64,000 nucleotides of DNA from a virus. Taxonomy: Duplodnaviria; Caudoviricetes. A program made the position numbers and the translations under genes. Where the stretch lies: the IMG/VR virus record IMGVR_UViG_3300032038_000010, positions 72,946 to 136,945 of that record. One strand, written 5' to 3'. This document shows, in pieces, positions 1 through 10,838 of the stretch. The first letter of the stretch is position 1. Each line of letters opens with the position of its first letter. The notes under the pieces are model-generated. The model saw only the letters and a list, made by a program, of their open reading frames with translations, was not told where the DNA came from and made no database searches.

Positions 1-378
1 CAGCTCTTTGCTATCTTGTAAAATACCAAGTCCGCCATTAATATACGGAGTAATTAACCAATCATAATTATAAAGATAAGCCATATATCTACAAAGTCTT
101 GAATAAATACCGCTCGTTTTATAAAAGAAATTAGATATTTCTCTCATAGCTTTAAGATCACCATGGCTTATTGCTTTTAGAACGTATGTTTTATCTCCAT
201 ATTTTGGATTGACACGCTTTAATTCACCTACATTTACTGTAGCATCGTCTAATGTTTTAATTCCCACTCTAATTTTAGAAAAATCAGTTGGGACACCAGC
301 GTAATTAGTTGGTATATTATTATCTGCAAGGCGCATATTAAAACCTTTTTTCTTAATCTCTTCAATACGATTAATCAA
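1..378 (-). CDS. Probable portal protein, N-terminal part (runs off window)
   Basis: TTG start at 378 after a GAGGTG RBS; open to the window edge. ISNFFYKTSGIYSRLCRYMAYLY resembles portal N-termini of SPbeta-like Firmicutes phages (recalled). Confidence 0.5.
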   Translation of the reverse strand, partial: MINRIEEIKKKGFNMRLADNNIPTNYAGVPTDFSKIRVGIKTLDDATVNVGELKRVNPKYGDKTYVLKAISHGDLKAMREISNFFYKTSGIYSRLCRYMAYLYNYDWLITPYINGGLGILQDSKEL

Positions 379-459
379 AATAACACCTCACATATCTATT
401 ATATAATATAGTATAACATAAATTTTGTTGAAGGTCAACTAGAAGTAATTACAAGAGCA

Positions 460-816
460 TTAATAACCTGCTCTTTTTAATATATAACTTAAATCTATTC
501 TTCCCTCATCAGTATACGGAATTGCAATTAGAGTATATCCATGAGCTTTACAGTATTCGCGTTTTTTCATATCATTATATTGCTGTTTACGTAATCCATC
601 CCAACCACCAAATTTTGACTTTGGCTCATAATGTTGTATACCTTGATATTCAATTAAAAAATCAATGTCTCCGTCATCATCAAACACACAAAAATCAAAA
701 CGTAGCGGATGCCCAGTAGCAGATACTAAGTCAGGGAAGATATACTCTTCTTGAAAATCCAATCCCGCATCTTGTAGAATTTCAAAAATTTTAATTTCTC
801 CTCGACTAGCTTTCAT
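460..816 (-). CDS. PD-(D/E)XK / Vsr-like endonuclease
   Basis: SRGE...EY.F.DL...LRFDF...IEYQGIQHY...D..K..YC motif; same family as the C-terminus of 9939-10838. Confidence 0.7.
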   Translation of the reverse strand: MKASRGEIKIFEILQDAGLDFQEEYIFPDLVSATGHPLRFDFCVFDDDGDIDFLIEYQGIQHYEPKSKFGGWDGLRKQQYNDMKKREYCKAHGYTLIAIPYTDEGRIDLSYILKRAGY

Positions 817-941
817 TGTAATTCCTCCTTACTGATAATATATCAAAATAATATTGTTTTCATTATCCTCTTTTGTCCCTTGAATTTTTTAAAAAAATAT
901 AATATAATTTATATAGGAAAATAAGAAAGAGGTGCTTAGAA

Positions 942-1727
942 ATGAAACGCTATGTATTTTCAGATATACATGGTTCAAAAGACTTATGGAACCAAATAAA
1001 ATCTTATGTAAATAAGGACGATTGGCTTTATTGTCTTGGAGATGTGATTGATCGCGGTCCCGCTGGAGTTGAAATTTTTCTAGATCTATACAAGAGACCA
1101 AATACAATCATACTGCGCGGTAACCACGAAGATATGGCGGCCGCAGCTGTCCCGCCACTTTTAGCTGGCACTGCGCAGATGGATGGTAAGTGGCTTAATG
1201 AACATACTAAGCATGGCGAAATAGAAAATACTTATGTATTAGATTGGTATAATAATGGCGGTATTCTGACTTGGAGAGCTTTACAAAAATATTCAAAAGA
1301 AGAAATCCAAAAAATAAGAGATATATGGGCAACACTCCCAACTAGTTTTATAGTTTATGATGACCAGAATCATTGGTATTACTATCTAGATCATTGTGGC
1401 TTCACACCGAGCTCCCGCGCATATAGATTACCATATTGGGATCGTTTACACTTTGATGATGAATGGGATGATTGGGCAGATGGAAAAAATGTAAGAATAA
1501 TTCATGGTCACACTCCAGTGCAATCTTTTGAGTCTACCTTTTGCCCCAACGGATTTGTAAGATATACAACACTTCATCCAGAAGATGAGCGAATGATAAA
1601 TTATATTCCGCAAATAGCTGTCTACTGCGGAGGTCATAAAGTTGATATTGATTTAGCTGCTATTGATAGCGGTCGCACAATGCTCTTAGATTTAGATAAA
1701 TTTGAACCTATATATTTTACGACTTGA
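942..1727 (+). CDS. Ser/Thr protein phosphatase-like metallophosphoesterase
   Basis: SDIHG, GDVIDRG, RGNHE and HGHTP motifs. Confidence 0.9.
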   Translation: MKRYVFSDIHGSKDLWNQIKSYVNKDDWLYCLGDVIDRGPAGVEIFLDLYKRPNTIILRGNHEDMAAAAVPPLLAGTAQMDGKWLNEHTKHGEIENTYVLDWYNNGGILTWRALQKYSKEEIQKIRDIWATLPTSFIVYDDQNHWYYYLDHCGFTPSSRAYRLPYWDRLHFDDEWDDWADGKNVRIIHGHTPVQSFESTFCPNGFVRYTTLHPEDERMINYIPQIAVYCGGHKVDIDLAAIDSGRTMLLDLDKFEPIYFTT

Positions 1728-1752
1728 CAAAGTAAAATTTTTTAGATATAAT
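1724..1752 (+). promoter_or_regulatory. Sigma-A-type promoter
   Basis: TTGACA-17-TATAAT. Confidence 0.75.
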
Positions 1753-1798
1753 ATATATGAAAAGAAAAACAAAAAGCCACAAATATTTAATAGAACGT

Positions 1799-1838
1799 GT
1801 GAGAGAGACGCTTCGCGTCTCTCTCACTTTACTTTTTT
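1799..1838 (+). terminator. Intrinsic terminator
   Basis: 13-bp stem GTGAGAGAGACGC/GCGTCTCTCTCAC followed by a T-rich tail. Confidence 0.7.
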
Positions 1839-1884
1839 ATTATTTTTTGATATAATATTTTTATAAAGAAAGAGGTGATATGTT

Positions 1885-2178
1885 ATGAATAATTTTACTA
1901 TTAGCAAATTTTATTGTACGAAATGTGGACATGAGGGTATTTCAATTCCAAGAAAAAATCAAAAGGTTAGAGAACCTGGACATTTAAAGAAACTTTTTTG
2001 TATTTATTGTAATAAAGAAGTAAATCATGCGGAGTGCCGCGGATTTGGTAAATACAATTATGAAGATTTCTTAATTGAATTTAAAGGTGGAAATTTTGAT
2101 GAAGAAGGCAATAGGAAAATGCCTTGGAAACAATTCGTAGCGAACTATTATAAACAAGAAGGTGATTTAAATGGGTAA
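1885..2178 (+). CDS. Zn-ribbon hypothetical protein
   Basis: CTKC...CIYC; GAGGTG RBS. Confidence 0.7.
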   Translation: MNNFTISKFYCTKCGHEGISIPRKNQKVREPGHLKKLFCIYCNKEVNHAECRGFGKYNYEDFLIEFKGGNFDEEGNRKMPWKQFVANYYKQEGDLNG

Positions 2179-2656
2179 ACTTATTCTTATGTGCGGCGTA
2201 CCTGGTTCTGGGAAGACTACTTTCTGTAAAAATCATCTAACTGAAAATGATGTTCATATTTCTCGTGATGAAGTAAGATTTTCTTTGCTTAAAGATGGTG
2301 AAGATTATTTTGCACATGAAGATACAGTTTATAAAGAATTTTGGAGACGAATTAATGAAGCTCTTGCTTCAGGTAAGAACGTTTTCGCAGATCAAACTAA
2401 TCTTTCTCCAAAAGCAAGAAAATATTTACTTAATAATGTAAATGGATATGATGAAGTAGATTGTCTTTGGTTTAATTGTTCCGTTCAATTTTGCTTAAAT
2501 AATAATGAAAAAAGAAAAGGTATTGGTCGAACATATGTTCCTCGTGGCGTAATTCGACGAATGGCAGCACAATTTATTCCGCCTACTCATGAAGAAGGAT
2601 TTACTCATGTTTGGATGTATTATCCAGAAAAACATTTAATAGGAGGTGAAAACTAA
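2171..2656 (+). CDS. Polynucleotide kinase-like P-loop protein (AAA_33)
   Basis: GVPGSGKTT, SRD and DQTN motifs. Confidence 0.85.
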   Translation: MGKLILMCGVPGSGKTTFCKNHLTENDVHISRDEVRFSLLKDGEDYFAHEDTVYKEFWRRINEALASGKNVFADQTNLSPKARKYLLNNVNGYDEVDCLWFNCSVQFCLNNNEKRKGIGRTYVPRGVIRRMAAQFIPPTHEEGFTHVWMYYPEKHLIGGEN

Positions 2657-3207
2657 TGGGAAAGATATGGTTGACATCAGACTTGCATTTTTCACATAAT
2701 CAAGATTTTCTTTGGCAGCCACGCGGTTTTGAAAATATTTATGAACATAATGAAACTATTATTAAAAATTTTAATGAAGTAGTTGGTTGGGATGATGACC
2801 TTTATATTCTGGGAGATTGTTTTCTTAATAATAATGAAGAAGGAATGAAGTGTATGCGGCAGCTGCCTGGTAGACTTCATATTATCTGGGGTAATCATGA
2901 TACATTAACTAGACAAACATTACTTTCAAATGAGCCTCGTGTAATTATACATGGATATGCTGATATAATTAAATATAATAATTATCATTTTTATCTTAGC
3001 CATTATCCAACAATAACAACCAATTTTGATGATGATAAAAAATTTAAAGCAAGATTATTTTCATTATCAGGACATACACATAGTAAAGCTATATGGCAAC
3101 CCGCATGTGAATCTAGTTATAATGTAGCTCTTGACGCTCATAATAACTATCCTGTTGATATAGAAACTATAATTAATGATTTGAAGGAGAAACATAATAA
3201 TGGATAA
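2656..3207 (+). CDS. Calcineurin-like metallophosphoesterase
   Basis: SDLHFSH, LGD, GNHD, SHYP and GHTH motifs. Confidence 0.9.
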   Translation: MGKIWLTSDLHFSHNQDFLWQPRGFENIYEHNETIIKNFNEVVGWDDDLYILGDCFLNNNEEGMKCMRQLPGRLHIIWGNHDTLTRQTLLSNEPRVIIHGYADIIKYNNYHFYLSHYPTITTNFDDDKKFKARLFSLSGHTHSKAIWQPACESSYNVALDAHNNYPVDIETIINDLKEKHNNG

Positions 3208-3460
3208 AACAAATATCCCTGTAGTAATATTTGCTATTATAGGCATAATTGCACTATTTATTTTTCTTCCATTTCTTTGCTTTGCTGGAGGATGGATTAC
3301 TGGATGGCTTATTAAATTAATTTTCGGCAATACTTTTTGTAATGGTCTTGCTCTGATTGGAATTCATATTGCTCCTTCTCAGATTCCTCTTTTATGCGGT
3401 ATTATTGGAGTAATTGGAAGCTTTTTCAAAAATACTATTAATACAAATAAAAAGGATTAA
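3200..3460 (+). CDS. Small membrane protein
   Basis: Long hydrophobic segments; translationally coupled to the upstream gene. Confidence 0.7.
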   Translation: MDKTNIPVVIFAIIGIIALFIFLPFLCFAGGWITGWLIKLIFGNTFCNGLALIGIHIAPSQIPLLCGIIGVIGSFFKNTINTNKKD

Positions 3461-3462
3461 TT

Positions 3463-3897
3463 ATGAAATCAGGCATTAAATTAGTATATTCTGATTATAA
3501 TGAAGAAACAGGCATTTCAATAGTCAGAATACAGACTCCATATGGAGTATTTAAAGGTAAAGCAAGGCTCAATCCGAAAGATGCTAATATTGCTTCTCAT
3601 TATGAAGGATGTAAATATGCAGAAATGCGGGCTTATATTAAATATTTTAAATTTATGATTAAAATAAAGCGAACTGCTTATGACGAATTACAGAAACTTT
3701 ATAATCAATTAAAATACAGTACACCCGCAGTCGCCCAAAATGATATTGTTCTTAATCTAATTAATGATTATATGACCGATTTAAATAATACTATCCAATC
3801 TTATAAAAAAGCTATTACAAAATATACAAACAATATTACAAAATCTATTAACGAACGAGAAACAATTCTCAACCGTATTAAAAAAGGTCAAAAATAA
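3463..3897 (+). CDS. Hypothetical protein with coiled-coil C-terminus
   Basis: 144-aa ORF within the operon. Confidence 0.7.
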   Translation: MKSGIKLVYSDYNEETGISIVRIQTPYGVFKGKARLNPKDANIASHYEGCKYAEMRAYIKYFKFMIKIKRTAYDELQKLYNQLKYSTPAVAQNDIVLNLINDYMTDLNNTIQSYKKAITKYTNNITKSINERETILNRIKKGQK

Positions 3898-4039
3898 GTA
3901 ATCATTTGCATTTAAAAATTATTACATATAGAGTAATAGGCTTAGGTAAGATATTTACTATAGTATTTTACCTAAAATTTTATATATGGATTTCTCCTCT
4001 TCCATATATTGATACTAGAAAAGGAGCATGATAATATAG

Positions 4040-5275
4040 ATGCAACACTATTTTTATGATACTTGTGCATTATTAAATCATAGCAAAATGATTTTTGAAC
4101 AATCAAAAGAAAAATTTTATATTAGTAATTTAACATTAAAAGAACTTGAAAATATTAAAACTTCTTTTAATAAAGATGCTGAAATAAAATATAAAGCAAG
4201 AAGAGTGGCACAAGAATTAATTACTTATGAAGATAAATATGAAGTAATTAATTATAAGCAAAGCTATGATGAACAATTAAAACAATACGATGTATTATCT
4301 GATAATATGGACAGTAGAATTATTTTAACTGCATTGGCAACAAAGGATTGTATCTTTGTAACTGATGATCTCTATTGTTCTCAAATTGCAAAATCCTTAA
4401 ATATTCCTGTTAAATTTCTTTTTACAGAAAATGACAATTATAAAGGGTATACAATTATTACTCCAAAGGATGAAGATGAAATGGCGTATACTTATAAGAC
4501 CATTTTTGATAATCCATCTGAATTTAATTTAAAAAATCATGAATACCTTTTAATTAGAACAGATGAAGGTATCGTTGATAAATATATTTTAATTGACAAT
4601 GAATTAGAAAGATTAACAGATTTTATTTCATTTGATAGCACCCAGTTTGGTAAGGTTAAAGCAAGAGACGCTTATCAAGCTATTGCTATGGATAGTTTAA
4701 GAAGAAATAAAATTACTGCATTGCGGGGACCCGCAGGGAGTGGTAAATCATATCTAGCTATGTCCTATCTTTTTAGTCAACTAGAACATGGAAAAATTGA
4801 TAGAATTGTTATTTTTTGTAACACAGTCGCAACTAATGGCTCTGCAAAATTAGGATATTACCCAGGAACAAAAGATGAAAAGCTGTTAGATTCACAGATT
4901 GGAAATTTTTTAACTAGTAAAGTGGGAGACCGCATCCAAGTTGAGAAATATATGGGTGAAGGACAAATTATTCTACTTCCAATGTCTGATATTCGTGGTT
5001 TTGATACTACTGGTATGAACGCTGGTATTTATATTACAGAAGCACAAAATATGGATATTGAATTAATGAAGCTTGCTTTACAAAGAATTGGAGAAGATTC
5101 AATTTGTATTCTTGATGGTGATGATACTGCTCAGGTTGATTTAGGTATATATGCTGGATCAAATAATGGCTTGAGAAGAGTATCTCAAGTATTTAGAGGA
5201 GAAAATATATATGGAGAAGTAACACTTCCAAATATATATAGAAGCAAAATTGCAAAGATTGCACAGAAAATGTAA
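4040..5275 (+). CDS. phoH: PIN-PhoH family protein
   Basis: N-terminal PIN (YDTCALL, VTDD) plus GPAGSGKS, IRG and EAQN PhoH motifs. Confidence 0.9.
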   Translation: MQHYFYDTCALLNHSKMIFEQSKEKFYISNLTLKELENIKTSFNKDAEIKYKARRVAQELITYEDKYEVINYKQSYDEQLKQYDVLSDNMDSRIILTALATKDCIFVTDDLYCSQIAKSLNIPVKFLFTENDNYKGYTIITPKDEDEMAYTYKTIFDNPSEFNLKNHEYLLIRTDEGIVDKYILIDNELERLTDFISFDSTQFGKVKARDAYQAIAMDSLRRNKITALRGPAGSGKSYLAMSYLFSQLEHGKIDRIVIFCNTVATNGSAKLGYYPGTKDEKLLDSQIGNFLTSKVGDRIQVEKYMGEGQIILLPMSDIRGFDTTGMNAGIYITEAQNMDIELMKLALQRIGEDSICILDGDDTAQVDLGIYAGSNNGLRRVSQVFRGENIYGEVTLPNIYRSKIAKIAQKM

Positions 5276-5282
5276 TCTTAAT

Positions 5283-5319
5283 ATTAGCTCTAGGTGTAAA
5301 AGCCTAGAGCTAATTTTTA
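5283..5319 (+). terminator. Intrinsic terminator
   Basis: ATTAGCTCTAGG/CCTAGAGCTAAT followed by a T-run. Confidence 0.7.
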
Positions 5320-5339
5320 TACAAAAGGAGAACTAGTAT

Positions 5340-5774
5340 ATGTTATTATTCAGAAAGAAACAATATTACCAAAAACGTGCAAATAAAATGCGTAATACTC
5401 TTGAAAAATGGGATATTGAAAAAGAAACTCTTAAACAACAGGAAGAAATAAATCATGAATACCAAGAAATTAAACAGATAAATGCAAAAAAGAAAATGGC
5501 TACATCTAAAGTTATTTTATTCTTATTTATAGGAATGTGTTTATTTGGTATGTTTTTAACGGGATGGGCTACAATTCAATCTGTAACTATAGCGGCCGCC
5601 CTTGGTGTTATGCCAGACTTCGCCCCTATTGTTGCATTTATTGGATCCGTAGTAGCTCCAATTATTCCAATCTTTAGATATTATCAAAAATCAGAAAATG
5701 AAAATACTAAAGGTGGAATTGTTTATGATTCAGTCATTTCTAATAATGAAGATGACAGTAATGGAGTCGGTTAA
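5340..5774 (+). CDS. Putative holin (two TM helices)
   Basis: Two hydrophobic helices, YY.KS..EN..GGI.YD tail; directly upstream of the endolysin. Confidence 0.6.
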   Translation: MLLFRKKQYYQKRANKMRNTLEKWDIEKETLKQQEEINHEYQEIKQINAKKKMATSKVILFLFIGMCLFGMFLTGWATIQSVTIAAALGVMPDFAPIVAFIGSVVAPIIPIFRYYQKSENENTKGGIVYDSVISNNEDDSNGVG

Positions 5775-5826
5775 GAAATGGAATCTCACCTAATATGATT
5801 TTCAAAAGGAGGAGAAAAATAAAACA

Positions 5827-6648
5827 ATGGCAATCAATATAATTAAAAAAACTGGAACTCATGGTATGTATCATAAAGCAAGACAAATTAAATATCTTGT
5901 AATTCACTATACCGCTGGAGTAACATCAAAAGTAGGCGCAGCTAGGAATACTGCATCTTGGTTTTCAAATCCTAACGCGGGAGGAACTGCAGATTTCATT
6001 GTAGATGATGGTGAAATTGTGCAATATAACCCAGATCCTTTAAACTATGCTTGCTGGGCTGTTGGCGGCAGTAAGTACAATAATAAGGGTGGGAAGCTAT
6101 ATAAAGTAGCTACGAACATGAATTGTATTTCTATTGAAATTTGTAGCTCTAACAAAACAGGCAAAGCGACTACTCCGAATGATAAAAACTGGTATTTTAC
6201 TGATGCCGCAATTAATAATGCTATAAAGTTATCAAAATATTTGATGCAGAAATATAATATTCCAGCGAGCAGAGTAATTCGCCACTATGATGTTACTGGT
6301 AAGCTTTGTCCTGGCATTTATGGGTGGAATGCAAATTCTGGCTCTGAAGCCACTTGGAATAATTTTAAATCAAGACTTGGCGGCGGTGCCTCTGTAACGC
6401 CCCCTACTCCAGCTCAACCATCTGCTCAACCGGCTGCCGCAAATACTGTACCAAGTGGTTCATTTACTGTAGAAGTATTAGTAAATGATTTAAATATTAG
6501 AAAAACTCCTAACGGAGAAAAAACTGGTAAAGTAACGGGCAAAGGTAAGTTTACTATTGTTCAAACTCAAAACGGATGGGGACTGTTAAAATCTTATGCA
6601 AAAAATAAAAATGGTTGGATTAATTTGAAATATACAAAAAGGGTATAA
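5827..6648 (+). CDS. Endolysin, N-acetylmuramoyl-L-alanine amidase (Amidase_2) with SH3-like cell-wall domain
   Basis: VIHYTA, SIEIC, RHYDVTGKLCP; Pro/Ala linker; LNIRK...GW...GWI C-terminal domain. Confidence 0.9.
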   Translation: MAINIIKKTGTHGMYHKARQIKYLVIHYTAGVTSKVGAARNTASWFSNPNAGGTADFIVDDGEIVQYNPDPLNYACWAVGGSKYNNKGGKLYKVATNMNCISIEICSSNKTGKATTPNDKNWYFTDAAINNAIKLSKYLMQKYNIPASRVIRHYDVTGKLCPGIYGWNANSGSEATWNNFKSRLGGGASVTPPTPAQPSAQPAAANTVPSGSFTVEVLVNDLNIRKTPNGEKTGKVTGKGKFTIVQTQNGWGLLKSYAKNKNGWINLKYTKRV

Positions 6649-6656
6649 ATAATAAT

Positions 6657-6690
6657 ATGGGCTTATGCTTCTGCATAAGCCCATTTATAT
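6657..6690 (+). terminator. Intrinsic terminator
   Basis: ATGGGCTTATGC/GCATAAGCCCAT stem. Confidence 0.65.
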
Positions 6691-6815
6691 CCATTTTGCC
6701 CAACCTACCCCACAGGAATAGTTTATTATATTAATAGACTATTCCATTTTTTTTGTTTCTATTTTTAACAAAATTTTTATTTGGAAACATATAGAACTCT
6801 ATAATCTAAAAAATT

Positions 6816-6844
6816 TTGACAAATACAAAAAAATCTGATATAAT
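6816..6844 (+). promoter_or_regulatory. Sigma-A-type promoter of gyrB
   Basis: TTGACA-17-TATAAT. Confidence 0.75.
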
Positions 6845-6878
6845 ATATTTATAAAAATAATATAGAAAGGAATATTTT

Positions 6879-9850
6879 ATGGCTACTGATAAAACTCTAT
6901 ATACAGATAAATCGATCGAATCACTCAGCCCCTTAGAGTTCACCAGACTCAGACCTCAGGTGTATGCAGGTGACTGCTCATATAGCACACAGCTCCTGGT
7001 CGAAATTGTTTCTAACGCTATTGATGAGTTCCGACTTGGTCATGGTTCTAAAATTGAAGTTAATATAAATAAAGATATTGTTTATGTTCGAGATTATGGA
7101 CAAGGTTTTCTTGTCAACTCAATGAGAGACGATGGTAAGACTGTCCTTGAAGCTGCGTTTAGTATATTAAATACATCTGGTAAATATCGTGATGATGGAA
7201 CTTATGAAGGAACTTCTCTTGGTTCTTTTGGTATTGGTTCTAAAATTACGACTTTTCTTTCTCATCATACTGAAGTTGAAACTTGGAGAGATGGACAGAC
7301 TGAATCAATAGGCTTTACAGAAGGCGTTTTTAATGGCGATCGCAAGGTCGGCCCTTCAAAAGAACCGAATGGAACATATGTTCGGTGGCAGCCTTCAGAA
7401 GAGTTCTTCACGCATACTGAAGTTGAAATTGATAAAGTAAAGACACTTTTTAATACATTAGTTTGCCTTTGTCCTGGTTTAACAATTGAATTAGATTATA
7501 ATGGAAAGAAAACTACTTATGTATCACAGCATGGTCTCAATGACCTTGTAGATGAGGCTGTGAAAGATAAGGAACTTATTTCAAATCGTTTTAATATGAA
7601 TTTTGCAGAAGGCAAAAATAAGATGGATATGGTTCTTACATATACATCTAATTATTCTTCTACCATTATTCCTTATGTTAATACAGGCCTTACTGAATCT
7701 GGCCAGCATATTACACAGGTCAAAACAACACTAACTCGTGTATTTAATAAATTCTTTAAAGAAAAGAAATGGCTTAAAAATAAAGATGAAAACTTAACAG
7801 GCGATGATATTCAAGAAGGAATGTATATTGTATTTAATATTACAGCTCCTAACGTTGGATATGACGCACAGGTTAAGTCAAGAATTACTAAAATTGATAT
7901 GGCTCCATTTACTGGGATGTTATCTGAAAATCTTGAATATTGGCTTAATAACAATGAAAAAGAAATTAAGCAGATATTTGATAAAGCAGCATCCGCAAAG
8001 AAAGCAAGAGAAGCTGCAAAGAAAGCAAGAGAAAGAGTTCGTGAACAAGGTAAGAAGAAAGAAAAAGCACTCAAGTTCGATTCTAAACTTGCAGATTGCT
8101 GGTCTAAAGACCGCTCTAAATGTGAAATTTATGTTACCGAAGGTGATAGCGCTAGTGGTAATTTGAAAACTGCTCGTAACAATGAATTTCAAGCAGTATT
8201 ACCTGTCCGTGGTAAAATTCTTAACGTAAGGAAAGCTTCACTTGAGAAAATTCAAAAAAACGCAGAGATTATGACAATGATTGAAGCTTTTGGTCTTAAA
8301 GTTGATTTAAAGACAATGAAATTGACATATGACCCAGCTGATTTGAGATACGACAAGATCATTATTGAATCGGACGCAGATGTAGATGGTGAACCAAGTG
8401 TTAGTGCCAATGAAAAACTTTACGCTTAATCAGGCGGGTAATGCTTTTGGGCAAAACATATTTATGTGATCCATACGGATTTCATATAAATATGAAAGAG
8501 AAAAAGCATTGCTAACGGGGCATCCTAAACTATTAAGCATGGAAATCCCGTGGGAAACTTATATTTATCCATTTCTCTTTCAATTAAATATAAAAATGGG
8601 GGAGAAATACAATGATTGGTATTTATAAAATTATTGATAAAGATGACCCAACAAAATTTTATGTTGGTCAATCAAATGATATTGAAAGGCGTATTAAAGA
8701 ACATATCCAAAAATCATATAAACAATCACGAATCCCATTTGATGATTATATTAATCAGAGAGGGAAAGAAAACTTCACTTTTGAAGTTTTAGAAGAATGT
8801 TCATTAAATGAATTAAATGAAAAAGAAAGATATTGGATACAAAAATTAAATGCAACATCTTCTGGTAACAAATTTAATGGTGGTACTACTAATGTAATTG
8901 GAGAAAATAATCCAAGAGCAAAATTAACTGAAGAAGATGTAAAAATTATCCGTACTGCTTATAAAAATCATTTAAAACAAAAAGATGTATACGAACAATT
9001 TAAAGATAAAATTTCATTTGGATATTTTCAAAATGTGTGGCAGGGAAAATCTTGGTCACATATAATGCCTGAAGTTTTTACAAAAGAAAATAAAAAATAT
9101 TATATATACCAAAATAGTAATGGCTCTCAAGGAGCAAGCGCACAATTTACTGACGATGAAGTTATAACAATTCGTCAAAGATATGTAAATGAAAGCGCAA
9201 AACAAATTTACGAAGATTATAAAGATCGAGTAAAATATCAAACTTTTCAAGCTTTATTATGGGGAAGAAGTTATAAAAATCTTCCAATCTATAAAAAGAA
9301 AGAAAAGAAATGGATAAATATTTGAACCTGTATCGACTATCTCCTTTGCCTTCTGGGCGGGAGAGTAGGGCTGCTATTGATACGCAGTTCGAAATGGTTT
9401 CCTCTCTATCATGAGAGTAAAAGATAGTCAGTGCTAATGGAAACATTAGATAACACGGCCCATATCAAGAACCTATTTTATACCTTTATCTGGACTTTCT
9501 GTCCTCAACTAATCCTGGATGGTCATGTCTACGCAGGCGTGCCGCCGCTTTACAAGATTACAGAAACAAAAGATAAGTATGTATATCTTAAAGATGATGC
9601 CGCACTTATTGAATACAGAAATAATCATAAAGGTAAAAAGTACCAGGTTAATCGCCTCAAGGGACTAGGGGAGATGTCCGCAGACGAGACCTCTATCCTC
9701 GTAGAGGCCGATCAGAGAATTATTAGACAGGTTACAGTGGCAGACATTGATATTGCTAATAAACTGTTTGATGATTTAATGGGAACGGCAATTCTTCCTC
9801 GTAAAAAATATATTCAAGAACATTCAAAAGAAGCGACGTATAATGTTTAA
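6879..9850 (+). CDS. gyrB: DNA gyrase / type II topoisomerase subunit B, spliced (exons 6879-8390 and 9458-9850)
   Basis: EIVSNAIDE, DYGQG, TEGDSA, PVRGKILN; splicing restores DADVDG|AHI; RLKGLGEM in exon 2. Confidence 0.95.
8391..9457 (+). mobile_element. Group I intron in gyrB
   Basis: Exon ends in U and intron ends in G (TAACACG); core-like GCTAACGGGG, GACTATC and AAGATAGTC; contains a homing endonuclease. Confidence 0.9.
8612..9325 (+). CDS. Intron-encoded GIY-YIG homing endonuclease
   Basis: IGIYKI...FYVGQS..IERR..EH; GENNPRAKLT repeats. Confidence 0.9.
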   Translation: MIGIYKIIDKDDPTKFYVGQSNDIERRIKEHIQKSYKQSRIPFDDYINQRGKENFTFEVLEECSLNELNEKERYWIQKLNATSSGNKFNGGTTNVIGENNPRAKLTEEDVKIIRTAYKNHLKQKDVYEQFKDKISFGYFQNVWQGKSWSHIMPEVFTKENKKYYIYQNSNGSQGASAQFTDDEVITIRQRYVNESAKQIYEDYKDRVKYQTFQALLWGRSYKNLPIYKKKEKKWINI

Positions 9851-9938
9851 AATATTTTATGCATTTTTAGTCAAAATTGACAAAAATAGTCTACTTAATT
9901 TTAAAGTATATTAATAGACAAAGGAAGGAGAGTCAATT

Positions 9939-10838
9939 ATGACTAAAGAAGAATTTTGTCAACAATATGGATATAGTTTACAAACTTTAAAAACTAGTTT
10001 TAATAGAACTAAAGAATCCTTATCGCATAAAGGATACATATTAACAAGGGAGGGAAGTTGGCCAAATGCCAATTATACTGTAGTTGAAGATAAAAGTTTA
10101 ATTCCTCCTAAAAAAATTACATTAAGTACACGATTAATTGGACAAAGATTTGGACATTTAACTGTATTAAAAGATACTGGGAAAAGATTTTATCGAAGTA
10201 TTGTATGGGATTGTGTATGTGATTGCGGAAGACATCATGAAGCAACATCTAATAATTTAAGTGGTGGGCATGTTAAAAGTTGTGCTAATATGGATTGTCC
10301 TTATAGCAAAACCTATGATGATTTAACTAATCAAAAATTTGGTTTATTAACAGCTTTATATCCGACAAGTATGAAAGATGGATCTCATATGTACTGGATG
10401 TGCAAGTGTGATTGTGGTAATTTAAAAGAAGTATCTTCTAGCTCATTAAAATCTCATACAGTACAATCTTGCGGATGTTTAAAACAATCTGTAGGAGAAT
10501 TAAATATTAAAAAAATTTTAGAACAAAATAATATTAATTTTTGTGAACAATATACTTTTGCAGATTTAAAAAATAAAAAACCTTTACGATTTGATTTTGC
10601 TATTTTTAAAGACAATCAATTATTTAGACTAGTTGAATTTGATGGTATTCAACATTATGAAGAACAAGCATATTTTTCTCATTCACTCGCAGAAATTCAA
10701 CAAAATGATAAAATAAAGAATGAATATTGTCAACAGCATAATATAATTTTAGTACGTATTCCATATTGGGAACGAGACAATATAACTTTAGATATGATAA
10801 TGGGAGATAAATATATATATGGATCAACAACAAATTGA
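9939..10838 (+). CDS. Free-standing homing-type endonuclease (repeated Cys modules plus PD-(D/E)XK domain)
   Basis: Two GQRFG.LT...W.C.CDCG...SC repeats; C-terminal LRFDF...VEFDGIQHY; lies between gyrB and gyrA. Confidence 0.8.
   Translation: MTKEEFCQQYGYSLQTLKTSFNRTKESLSHKGYILTREGSWPNANYTVVEDKSLIPPKKITLSTRLIGQRFGHLTVLKDTGKRFYRSIVWDCVCDCGRHHEATSNNLSGGHVKSCANMDCPYSKTYDDLTNQKFGLLTALYPTSMKDGSHMYWMCKCDCGNLKEVSSSSLKSHTVQSCGCLKQSVGELNIKKILEQNNINFCEQYTFADLKNKKPLRFDFAIFKDNQLFRLVEFDGIQHYEEQAYFSHSLAEIQQNDKIKNEYCQQHNIILVRIPYWERDNITLDMIMGDKYIYGSTTN

Noticed and set aside
8391-9457. Intein, or gyrB split into two genes
   Set aside because: The insert has stops and group I RNA signatures, and nucleotide-level removal restores DGAHI.
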